13,990 nt of DNA, taken from the NCBI GenBank assembly GCA_031372065.1, contig JANMKN010000073.1, positions 1 to 13,990 on the forward strand, written 5' to 3'. Under the pieces are notes generated by a model. It did not search any database. It saw only the letters and a list, made by a program, of their open reading frames with translations, and was not told where the DNA came from. The stretch comes from Abditibacteriaceae bacterium. GTDB lineage: Bacteria; Armatimonadota; Abditibacteriia; Abditibacteriales; Abditibacteriaceae. Positions 7,322 to 13,990 of this stretch are shown here, piece after piece. The translations under genes and the position numbers were made by a program. Positions within the stretch are counted from its first letter, which is position 1. Each line of letters starts with the position of its first letter.

Positions 7322-8089
7322 ATGCAAGAGAAACCTGTTATTTTGGAAATCCGCGATTTGCACGCGCGGATTGAAGACAAAGAAATTTTGCGCGGCATCA
7401 ATTTAACCGTTCGCGCAGGCGAAACGCACGCCATTATGGGCTTAAACGGCTCTGGCAAAAGCACCTTAGCGCAAGTTTTGGCGGGGCGCGAAGAATACAA
7501 AGTCACGCAAGGCGAAGTGCTTTATAAAGGCGAGAATTTGCTTGATATGGCACCGGACGAGCGCGCCCAAAAAGGCGTGTTTTTGGCGTTTCAATATCCC
7601 GTTGAAATTCCCGGCGTGAATACTTCGTATTTTCTGCGCGCCGCCTTGAATTCGATTCGCAAATCGCGCGGCGAAGAAGAAATGGACGCCACGGAATTTT
7701 TGAAACTCGTGCGTCAGAAAATGGGCCTTGTCGAACTGGACAAAAGTTTTCTGTCTCGCTCAATTAACGAAGGTTTTTCCGGCGGCGAAAAGAAGCGCTT
7801 TGAAATTTTTCAAATGGCCGTTCTCGAACCAGCGCTCGGCATCTTGGATGAAACCGATTCGGGCCTCGACATTGACGCGCTGCGCGTGGTGGCACAAGGC
7901 GTCAACGCCCTCAAAAGCGACGAAAACGCTTTTGTCGTGGTGACGCATTATCAGCGTTTGCTCAATTATATCGTGCCGGATTTCGTGCATATTTTGATGG
8001 AAGGCCGCATCGTGCAAACCGGCGATAAGCAATTGGCGATTGACCTCGACGCGACAGGCTACAAGGAACTGCAAGAGGCGGCGCGATGA
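7322..8089 (+). CDS. sufC: Fe-S cluster assembly ABC-type ATPase SufC
   Basis: Walker A GLNGSGKST, FLAFQYPVEIPGV, NEGFSGGEKKR, ILDETDSGLDIDAL, VTHYQRLL. Start set at ATG 7322. Confidence 0.98.
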   Translation: MQEKPVILEIRDLHARIEDKEILRGINLTVRAGETHAIMGLNGSGKSTLAQVLAGREEYKVTQGEVLYKGENLLDMAPDERAQKGVFLAFQYPVEIPGVNTSYFLRAALNSIRKSRGEEEMDATEFLKLVRQKMGLVELDKSFLSRSINEGFSGGEKKRFEIFQMAVLEPALGILDETDSGLDIDALRVVAQGVNALKSDENAFVVVTHYQRLLNYIVPDFVHILMEGRIVQTGDKQLAIDLDATGYKELQEAAR

Positions 8090-9393
8090 AAACCATTGTC
8101 GAATTGGATGCCGCGCGTGACCGTTATGTGACGCGACACGAAGCCTTTTTAAACAATCGCAGCGAAGCCGCATGGCTGCGCCAATTGCGGGTGCAAGCGA
8201 TTGAGCGATTTGCCGCTTTGGGTTTTCCCGGCACGCGCCATGAAGAATGGAAATACACCGATGTGCGCCCGATTGCCGCTTTTGAAAACAGTGACGCGCC
8301 GAGTCTGAACGGCAACACAACAACCGAAAAATGGGCGCTCGAAGGCGCGCATCTTTTAGTTTTCGTGGGCGGCAAATTTTCGCCGACTTTATCGCACATT
8401 GGCGAATTGCCCGCAGGCGTAACGGTGTGCAGTTTGGCCGAAGCGCTTTCGCGCGATAGCGAAATTGTGCAGCAAAATTTGGCACGTTATGCGAGTTTTG
8501 AAAACGAAGCGTTTCCGGCGCTAAATACGGCCTATTTTGAAGACGGCGCGTTTATTCATGTGCCGCAAAACCTCGTTGTCGAAACGCCGATTCATCTCTT
8601 GTTTTTGACGCCCGACGGCGCCGTTTCGCAGCCGCGCAACCTGCTTCTCATCGGCGATAACAGCCAGATTACGATTGTCGAAGAATACGCCAATAAAAAC
8701 GGGGTGGGCGCGGGTTTTACCAACAGCGTCACCGAAGTTAGCGCCGGTAAAAACGCGCACCTTGACCACTACAAAATTACAACCGAAGGCGCCGCCGCTT
8801 TTCACGTCGGCACGATGCAAGTGCAGCAAGACCGCGATTGTGTTTTTTCCTCGCATTCGGTCACTTTCGGCGGCAAAATTGTGCGCCATCAGGCCAATGC
8901 CATCATGGGCGGCAGCGGCATCGAAACCACGCTGAACGGCCTTTATGTCGGCGGCGAAGACCAGTTAATTGACAATCACACCGTTATGGATCACGCCGAG
9001 CCGCACTGCGCCAGCCACGAAGTTTACGCGGGCGTTTTGGCGGGTCGTTCGCACGGCGTTTTCAACGGCAAAATTTTCGTGCGCTTAGACGCGCAAAAAA
9101 CCGACGCCAAGCAAAGCAATCGCACGCTTTTGCTTTCGCGCGAAGCCGAAATTGACGCCAAGCCGCAATTGGAAATTTTCGCCGATGACGTGAAATGCAC
9201 GCACGGCGCCACCATCGGGCAATTGGATGACGACGCCTTGTTTTACTTGCGCGCGCGCGGCATCAACGAACACGATGCGCGCGACATTTTAACCTACGCT
9301 TTTGCCAACGATATTTTAGAACGCGTGCAAATTGCGCCCTTGCGTGAGCGCTTGGAAAAAGCGCTTTTTGAAAAGCTGCAAAGCATTCGATAA
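8086..9393 (+). CDS. sufD: Fe-S cluster assembly protein SufD
   Basis: EEWKYT, VFNGKIFV..DAQKTDAKQ, KPQLEIFADDVKCTHGATIGQLD, FYLRARGI; ATGA overlap with sufC. Confidence 0.97.
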   Translation: MKTIVELDAARDRYVTRHEAFLNNRSEAAWLRQLRVQAIERFAALGFPGTRHEEWKYTDVRPIAAFENSDAPSLNGNTTTEKWALEGAHLLVFVGGKFSPTLSHIGELPAGVTVCSLAEALSRDSEIVQQNLARYASFENEAFPALNTAYFEDGAFIHVPQNLVVETPIHLLFLTPDGAVSQPRNLLLIGDNSQITIVEEYANKNGVGAGFTNSVTEVSAGKNAHLDHYKITTEGAAAFHVGTMQVQQDRDCVFSSHSVTFGGKIVRHQANAIMGGSGIETTLNGLYVGGEDQLIDNHTVMDHAEPHCASHEVYAGVLAGRSHGVFNGKIFVRLDAQKTDAKQSNRTLLLSREAEIDAKPQLEIFADDVKCTHGATIGQLDDDALFYLRARGINEHDARDILTYAFANDILERVQIAPLRERLEKALFEKLQSIR

Positions 9394-9395
9394 AG

Positions 9396-9450
9396 AATAG
9401 AACGCGAATTTGCGACAATTCACGTTGATTTGCGAAATTCGCGTTCTATT
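9396..9450. repeat. Perfect 16-bp inverted repeat between sufD and sufS
   Basis: AATAGAACGCGAATTT (9396-9411) / AAATTCGCGTTCTATT (9435-9450). Confidence 0.88.
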
Positions 9451-9460
9451 GAAAACCATC

Positions 9461-10681
9461 ATGTTTGATGTCCAAAAAATCCGCGCCGATTTCCCCATTT
9501 TGCAACTTCAAGTGCGCGACAAGCCGCTGGTGTATCTCGATAACGCTGCGACGAGCCAAAAGCCGCAGCAGGTTTTGGACGCGCTGAATCATTATTACAC
9601 CGCGCAAAATGCCAATATCCATCGCGCGGTGCATTATCTCAGCGAAACGGCGACGCGCGCTTATTCCGAAAGCCGCGAAAGTGTGCGCGCCCTGCTAAAT
9701 GCGGCGCACGAAAGTGAAATTATCTTCACGCGCGGCACCACCGAAGCTATCAATTTGGTGGCGCACAGTTGGGGCCTTCAAAACCTCAAAGCGGGCGATG
9801 AAATTTTGCTGTCGGCGATGGAGCATCATTCCAACATCGTGCCGTGGCAAATAGTCTGCGAGAAAACCGGCGCGCAAATTCGCGTTATTCCCATCAACGA
9901 TGCGGGCGAAATTCTATTCGACGAATACGAAAACCTTTTGCAATCGGGCCATGTGAAATTCATCGGAGTTTGTCACATTTCCAACGCGCTCGGCACCGTA
10001 AATCCCGTCAAAGAAATGATTGCCAAAGCGCACGAAGTCGGTGCCAAAGTGTTGATTGATGGCGCGCAATCTGTCCCGCACGCCAAAGTGGACGTGCAAG
10101 ATTTGGATGCTGATTTTTATGCCTTTTCGGGCCATAAAATCTGCGCGCCCACCGGCATCGGCGCGTTGTATGGCAAAGCCGAATTACTCAATGCCATGCC
10201 GCCTTATCAAGGCGGCGGCGACATGATTTCCAGCGTGACGTGGGAGAAAACCGAATACAACGTGTTGCCGCATAAATTCGAGGCCGGAACGCCCGATATT
10301 GCTGGTGTTATCGGTCTTGCGGCGGCCATTGATTATGTAACTAAAATTGGCCTTGAAAACATCGCCGCGCACGAAGCGCAATTGCTGGATTACGCCACGA
10401 AAGAAGTGCAAAGCATCGAAGATTTTCAAATCGTTGGACGGGCAAAAAACAAGGCCAGCATTTTGTCTTTTGTCATTCCCGGCGCGCACCCGCAAGACAT
10501 CGGCGCGCTTTTAGATGCGCGCGGCGTAGCAATTCGCACCGGCCATCATTGCACACAGCCGCTGATGAAACGCCTTGGATTAAGCGCAACGGCCCGCGCC
10601 TCGTTCGCGTTTTACAATACTGAAGACGAAGTAGACGTTTTCGTCGAAGCAACAAAAAACGCGCGCAAAATGCTTTTGTAA
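9461..10681 (+). CDS. sufS: Cysteine desulfurase SufS
   Basis: IRADFPIL, YLDNAATSQKP, MEHHSNIVPWQ, PLP-lysine FSGHK, catalytic RTGHHC. Start set at ATG 9461. Confidence 0.97.
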   Translation: MFDVQKIRADFPILQLQVRDKPLVYLDNAATSQKPQQVLDALNHYYTAQNANIHRAVHYLSETATRAYSESRESVRALLNAAHESEIIFTRGTTEAINLVAHSWGLQNLKAGDEILLSAMEHHSNIVPWQIVCEKTGAQIRVIPINDAGEILFDEYENLLQSGHVKFIGVCHISNALGTVNPVKEMIAKAHEVGAKVLIDGAQSVPHAKVDVQDLDADFYAFSGHKICAPTGIGALYGKAELLNAMPPYQGGGDMISSVTWEKTEYNVLPHKFEAGTPDIAGVIGLAAAIDYVTKIGLENIAAHEAQLLDYATKEVQSIEDFQIVGRAKNKASILSFVIPGAHPQDIGALLDARGVAIRTGHHCTQPLMKRLGLSATARASFAFYNTEDEVDVFVEATKNARKMLL

Positions 10682-10682
10682 A

Positions 10683-11114
10683 ATGATCGAAAATCAACAA
10701 GAAATCGCCGACGATTTGGTAGACACCTTCGAGATGTTTGACTCGTGGGAAGACCGCTATGGCGTGCTGATTGACTTCGGCAAAAAGCTGCCGCCGTTAG
10801 ACGAAAGCGACAAAATCGAAGAAAACCGCGTGCATGGCTGCCAAAGCCAAGTATGGATGATTGCGCGTCCGCACGAAGAAAACGGCCAAACGACCATTGA
10901 TTTCATCGCCGAAAGCGACGCGCTGATTGTCAAAGGCCTGATTGCCATTTTGCGTAAGGTGTATTCGGGCCAGACGCCGCAAAATATCTTGGCCTTCGAT
11001 ATTGCAGGCCTGTTGCAACGCCTCGGTTTAGATCAACACTTAACTTCAGGCCGCCGCAACGGACTTGATGGCATGGTGCGCAAAATTAAAACACTGGCCG
11101 CTCAGCATATTTAA
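10683..11114 (+). CDS. sufE: Sulfur acceptor SufE
   Basis: WEDRY..LID.GK.LP, VHGCQSQVW, SDALIVKGL, L..HLT..R.NGL. Confidence 0.95.
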   Translation: MIENQQEIADDLVDTFEMFDSWEDRYGVLIDFGKKLPPLDESDKIEENRVHGCQSQVWMIARPHEENGQTTIDFIAESDALIVKGLIAILRKVYSGQTPQNILAFDIAGLLQRLGLDQHLTSGRRNGLDGMVRKIKTLAAQHI

Positions 11115-11115
11115 A

Positions 11116-11221
11116 TAGCCGCTAATCTTCGATACACAAAAACAGCGCAAAAACGACGCTATTTTAAAAGTTGCGTTGTTTTTGCGAAACGAAGTTTGCG
11201 TTGCCAAAGGCATAGCGGCTA
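11116..11221. repeat. Nested inverted repeats spanning the sufE-sufT spacer
   Basis: Outer TAGCCGCTA (11116-11124) / TAGCGGCTA (11213-11221). Inner CGCAAAAACGACGC (11146-11159) / GCGTTGTTTTTGCG (11173-11186). Ends immediately before the AAGGAG SD of sufT. Confidence 0.75.
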
Positions 11222-11233
11222 AAGGAGTTTCCC

Positions 11234-11656
11234 ATGAGTGACATTCTCTCTCTCGACAACAACGAACCAACACCAGCGCAGAAGTTGCTGGAAGGCGCTT
11301 TGAACGCGACGGATAACACGCCCGCAAGCGATGACACGGCGGGCCTCAAAGAGCGCATTTTGGAGCAGAAGATTATCGAAACGCTCTGCACCATTTACGA
11401 CCCGGAAATTCCCGTGGACATTTACGAATTGGGCCTGATTTACGCCATCAAAATCACGCCGCAAAGCGAAGTCGAAATTCTGATGACGCTGACTTCGCCG
11501 GCCTGCCCGGTCGCGGGCACGCTGCCGATTGAAGTCGAAAACAAAATCGCCTCGCTTCCCGGCATCAAAGACGTGAACGTGGAAATCGTCTGGGATCCGC
11601 CCTACACGATGGAAATGATGTCCGAAGCCGCACGATTACAATTAGGGTTGTTATAA
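11234..11656 (+). CDS. sufT: SufT / DUF59 Fe-S assembly factor with an acidic N-terminal extension
   Basis: IYDPEIPVDIYELGLIY, MTLTSPACPVAG, VWDPPYT..MMSEAARLQLG; last gene of the suf operon. Confidence 0.9.
   Translation: MSDILSLDNNEPTPAQKLLEGALNATDNTPASDDTAGLKERILEQKIIETLCTIYDPEIPVDIYELGLIYAIKITPQSEVEILMTLTSPACPVAGTLPIEVENKIASLPGIKDVNVEIVWDPPYTMEMMSEAARLQLGLL
11573..11656 (+). repeat. Left copy of an 84-bp direct repeat (functional sufT 3' end)
   Basis: 70/84 identical to 12569-12652. Confidence 0.92.
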
Positions 11657-11678
11657 AATCTCCAAAAGGGAGGGGTTT

Positions 11679-11879
11679 ACGACGCAGGTAAAAGACGATA
11701 TTTATTGGCGCAAGGCGCGGGTAGCGGCTCGCATAATTTTGCGGGCGCGTGCCGGCTGTCTCACAACACGAGACCAGCGCGTTGGAGCGTGGCTCAAACG
11801 CGACCCCGCTGTAACGGATCGCCTGATTCATCAAGCCCTCAATTTCCTCACCGCGTCGCCATCTCATGTCATTCGTTGA
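11679..11879 (+). pseudogene. Start-less 66-codon open frame coupled to the downstream NTase gene (truncated gene or non-canonical start)
   Basis: Open frame (T)TQVKDDIYWRKARVAARIILRARAGCLTTRDQRVGAWLKRDPAVTDRLIHQALNFLTASPSHVIR*. GGAGG lies 5 nt before an ACG codon, and the stop lies 11 nt inside the next gene. Not in the ORF track. Confidence 0.4.
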
Positions 11880-12540
11880 CGAACCCTGGCGCCCCATTCT
11901 CCAATGGGAGACACCTGCCGGGCGTTTGCTGGAAAAACTGGCCGCTGCGCTGCCTGTCGACCGACATTTTTTTATTACGGTGTTCGGTTCGGCGCCTTTG
12001 CAGTTGGGCATTGAAGCGTCCTTTCAAAGCGCCGATGTGGACGTGTTTTCTGCGGACGACCTGCGCGACTGGATTCACAGCGCCGGTTTAGGAGAAGGAC
12101 AGAGCGCGTTTTACATCCAACAGTCGCCGGAGTTTGTGTTTTCTGCCAGTGCCTCGTGGCGCGAACGCGCGTTTGCGATTACCAAACAGAATGTCACCTT
12201 CACGTTTCCGCATCCGATTGACATTTTAATTTCCAAACTCAAGCGCCTTGAACCCAAAGACTTGAACGCGTTTGTTTTGGTTTTGCAGCATACCGGGCAT
12301 CCCACGCCGGACGAATTGAAAAGGGCGTTGCAGCGCCACGTTGATTTATTTCGTCCCAACTTCGACGAAGAAAACAGTGGCGATGCCGTAGCCAACACGC
12401 AAGTTTTGTGGCGCGAACTTTACGGGCAAAATGTTGATGTGCGCCGCGAAATTATCGCGCCCGCCCTTCAACGGCGCCGCGTCGCTTACGGCGAAGATTT
12501 GCCGCCCCTCAAGCAAGAATTGCCCAACGCTAAAACGTAA
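11866..12540 (+). CDS. Putative Pol-beta-superfamily nucleotidyltransferase (DUF6036/AbiEii-like)
   Basis: hhGS motif (TVFGSAPL) followed by DxD (SADVDV), and a downstream HPIDILISKL..LEPKD segment. Family call made by eye. Confidence 0.7.
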   Translation: MSFVDEPWRPILQWETPAGRLLEKLAAALPVDRHFFITVFGSAPLQLGIEASFQSADVDVFSADDLRDWIHSAGLGEGQSAFYIQQSPEFVFSASASWRERAFAITKQNVTFTFPHPIDILISKLKRLEPKDLNAFVLVLQHTGHPTPDELKRALQRHVDLFRPNFDEENSGDAVANTQVLWRELYGQNVDVRREIIAPALQRRRVAYGEDLPPLKQELPNAKT

Positions 12541-12549
12541 ACAACAAGC

Positions 12550-12652
12550 CAAAATCGCCGCCCTCTTTGTGAGCGTCGAAATCGTCTGGGAGCCGCCCTA
12601 CACGATGAAAATGATGTCCGAAGCCGCCCGTTTGCAGCTTGGACTGCTTTAA
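12550..12652 (+). pseudogene. Displaced duplicate of the sufT 3' end (right direct repeat)
   Basis: Encodes KIAALF----VSVEIVWEPPYTMKMMSEAARLQLGLL* versus KIASLPGIKDVNVEIVWDPPYTMEMMSEAARLQLGLL* in sufT; has no start of its own. Confidence 0.9.
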
Positions 12653-12663
12653 AGAGTGCCGCT

Positions 12664-13191
12664 TTAACTGCTGGATTCGTTTTCTGGGCGGGTTGGGGCT
12701 TCGATTTGGTTGAGGCGGTCTAAAATCACGGTTAATGCCTCGTCTATTTCCTGAATTTTGCGATAGGTGCGCACATTGACCTCGTAATCCAATTCGGCGC
12801 GCTTATCGGCGTGGGCACTCTGGCGATTCTGGCTAATCAGCAGAAATCCCGTGATGAAAATGGCTTCGATAGAAAGAATAATTCCCAGCAGGCTGTAAGG
12901 ATATTCGTCGAAACGATGCACGAGCGCGATGACACCGGCATTGAGGACAATCCAAACCACAAACCACACGGCGTGCGCCACTAAAAAGTGCGGCTTGCCG
13001 ATGAAACCGGAAACCCTATCGGCTAACGCCTCGTGCCAGCGCGCTTCCTGTTGCAATTCTTCAAGTGCATAGCGAAATTCACCCAGCGCCTTGTGGCACG
13101 TCGGGTTGCCGCAAAACACCGCATCCCCCGCATTTTCGCCGCCACAAACCGGACAGATAATCGAAGAAGTCGAATTCAAATTGGTAGGCAT
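12664..13191 (-). CDS. DUF1003-family membrane protein with an N-terminal Zn-ribbon, 175 aa
   Basis: CPVC-x10-C-x4-C, then ADRVSGFIG..F...H.VWF..W, FDEYPYSLL..ILSIEAIF...FLLISQNRQ, AELDYEVN. Start set at ATG 13191. Confidence 0.88.
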   Translation of the reverse strand: MPTNLNSTSSIICPVCGGENAGDAVFCGNPTCHKALGEFRYALEELQQEARWHEALADRVSGFIGKPHFLVAHAVWFVVWIVLNAGVIALVHRFDEYPYSLLGIILSIEAIFITGFLLISQNRQSAHADKRAELDYEVNVRTYRKIQEIDEALTVILDRLNQIEAPTRPENESSS

Positions 13192-13375
13192 AAGAGTCAC
13201 ATTCACGGGTTTAACAAACTCATATAGCAAAAAGTTCCCGTCACACAGCGCCATACAAGTCATGTCGTTGAGGGAACACAAGATTGGCATCTGGCACGCA
13301 AAATATGACCTCATTCAATTAGAAAAACAGCCTTCTAATTGAATGATCTAACCTGCTTAACTATTCCCTCGCCTA

Positions 13376-13642
13376 CAAAAATAAGCAGCGCAGATGACAA
13401 GACGAGCGGCGAAATATAAAATATCGTTCGTGCGCGTGCAAAGATGGCCTGCGCGGACACAAAGATGAGTTGCGCGGCGTCAAAGGTGTCCTGCGCGGTG
13501 CAAAGATGAGTTGCGCGCGTAAAATTCGCTTTGCGCGGCGCATAATCTACTTGGCGCATGGGAAAATATGGTCTGCGCGGTGCAAAGATGACTTGCGCGG
13601 GTAAAATATGAGTTGCGCGGATGAAATTTCATTTGCGCGCGG
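13376..13642. repeat. Degenerate tandem array of 13 units of 20-21 bp, consensus ~(C/A)AAA(G/T)ATGAGTTGCGCGGnn(n)
   Basis: Units start at 13376, 13397, 13418, 13439, 13460, 13481, 13501, 13521, 13542, 13563, 13583, 13603 and 13623, e.g. caaagatgagttgcgcggcgt, caaagatgacttgcgcgggt, aaaatatgagttgcgcggat. Confidence 0.9.
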
Positions 13643-13672
13643 TTTAATCCTATATCTCAGGAGGATAATCAG

Positions 13673-13990
13673 ATGAATGATGCACAACGGTTTCGTTTGG
13701 AGATGTTACAGCGCGTGGATGGGTTTTTAGCGCCGCTCACCGCTGACTTCGTGACAGTGTCGAAGGGGCGTTTGCTTATCGGAAAGATTAACGATGAGCT
13801 AACCGAAGCCAATGATTTTCGCACCCAGCAGCAAACTGGCGGCAGTGGACAGCATAGCGGCACTTCGTCCAAAGCGCAGGCGTATTTGGACTTGCACGAG
13901 GATATTGATGCCATCGCCCGCACGGCGCATTCAATGGCCGACGAAATACCCGGCATCGAAGCCAAATTCCGCCGTCCGCGCAATCATGGC
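13673..13990 (+). CDS. Hypothetical, predicted alpha-helical protein (5' part; runs off the right edge)
   Basis: Perfect AGGAGG SD (13659-13664) 8 nt before the ATG. 106 open codons: MNDAQRFRLEMLQRVDGFLAPLTADF...GTSSKAQAYLDLHEDIDAIARTAHSMADEIPGIEAKFRRPRNHG. Missing from the ORF track because no stop lies in the window. Confidence 0.85.
   Translation, partial: MNDAQRFRLEMLQRVDGFLAPLTADFVTVSKGRLLIGKINDELTEANDFRTQQQTGGSGQHSGTSSKAQAYLDLHEDIDAIARTAHSMADEIPGIEAKFRRPRNHG

Noticed and set aside
7298..9460. Upstream starts for sufC (7298) and sufS (9410) given by the track
   Set aside because: Both extensions begin inside intergenic hairpins; family-typical N-termini begin at ATG 7322 and ATG 9461.
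3800..11464. Many long antisense or alternative-frame ORFs over the regulator and suf genes (e.g. 5613-6248, 6435-7022, 7760-8485)
   Set aside because: These are shadow ORFs of strongly supported genes and carry no motifs of their own.
11705..12091. 128-aa plus-strand ORF
   Set aside because: It overlaps the NTase gene out of frame, starts at TTG and has no recognisable motifs.
11573..12652. Diversity-generating retroelement TR/VR pair
   Set aside because: Mismatches are not adenine-specific and are mostly synonymous, and no reverse transcriptase is present.
12431..12652. 73-aa ORF ending in the SufT C-terminus as a real gene
   Set aside because: Its N-terminal half is an alternative frame of the NTase gene; only the duplicated tail is meaningful.
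13285..13300. GG-N10-GC match TGGCATCTGGCACGCA pointing into the array
   Set aside because: It lacks the TTGC -12 context, and such matches arise by chance.
13335..13559. 74-aa minus-strand ORF with AQLIF-like heptads (and KDELRGV heptads on the plus strand)
   Set aside because: This is a by-product of the 21-bp period. The 20-bp units shift frame and the plus-strand frame hits stops. A decayed coding origin is not fully excluded.
13376..13642. CRISPR or guide-RNA array
   Set aside because: There is no constant repeat with unique spacers, the variable segments are only ~3-4 nt, and no cas-like gene is in the window.
13669..13983. 104-aa minus-strand ORF from the track
   Set aside because: It is the antisense shadow of the plus-strand ORF at 13673, which has a perfect SD.

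Overview
Bacterial chromosomal window with four parts. (1) A sigma-54 module on the + strand: rpoN with an internal Zn-ribbon, a soluble histidine kinase, a REC-AAA+ enhancer-binding protein with no C-terminal HTH, and a single-domain response regulator preceded by a -24/-12 promoter. (2) A complete suf Fe-S assembly operon, sufB-sufC-sufD-sufS-sufE-sufT(DUF59), with an Rrf2/IscR-like operator upstream and long stem-loops in its spacers. (3) A ~0.9 kb insert carrying a putative nucleotidyltransferase gene, bracketed by a recoded duplication of the sufT 3' end and followed by a convergent Zn-ribbon/DUF1003 gene. (4) At each edge of the window, an uncharacterised, predicted helix-rich protein gene directly abutting a degenerate 20-21-bp tandem array. 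The arrays with their adjacent genes, the HTH-less sigma-54 circuit and the sufT-targeted insert are the parts most worth following up. All family assignments come from reading motifs by eye; no searches were run.
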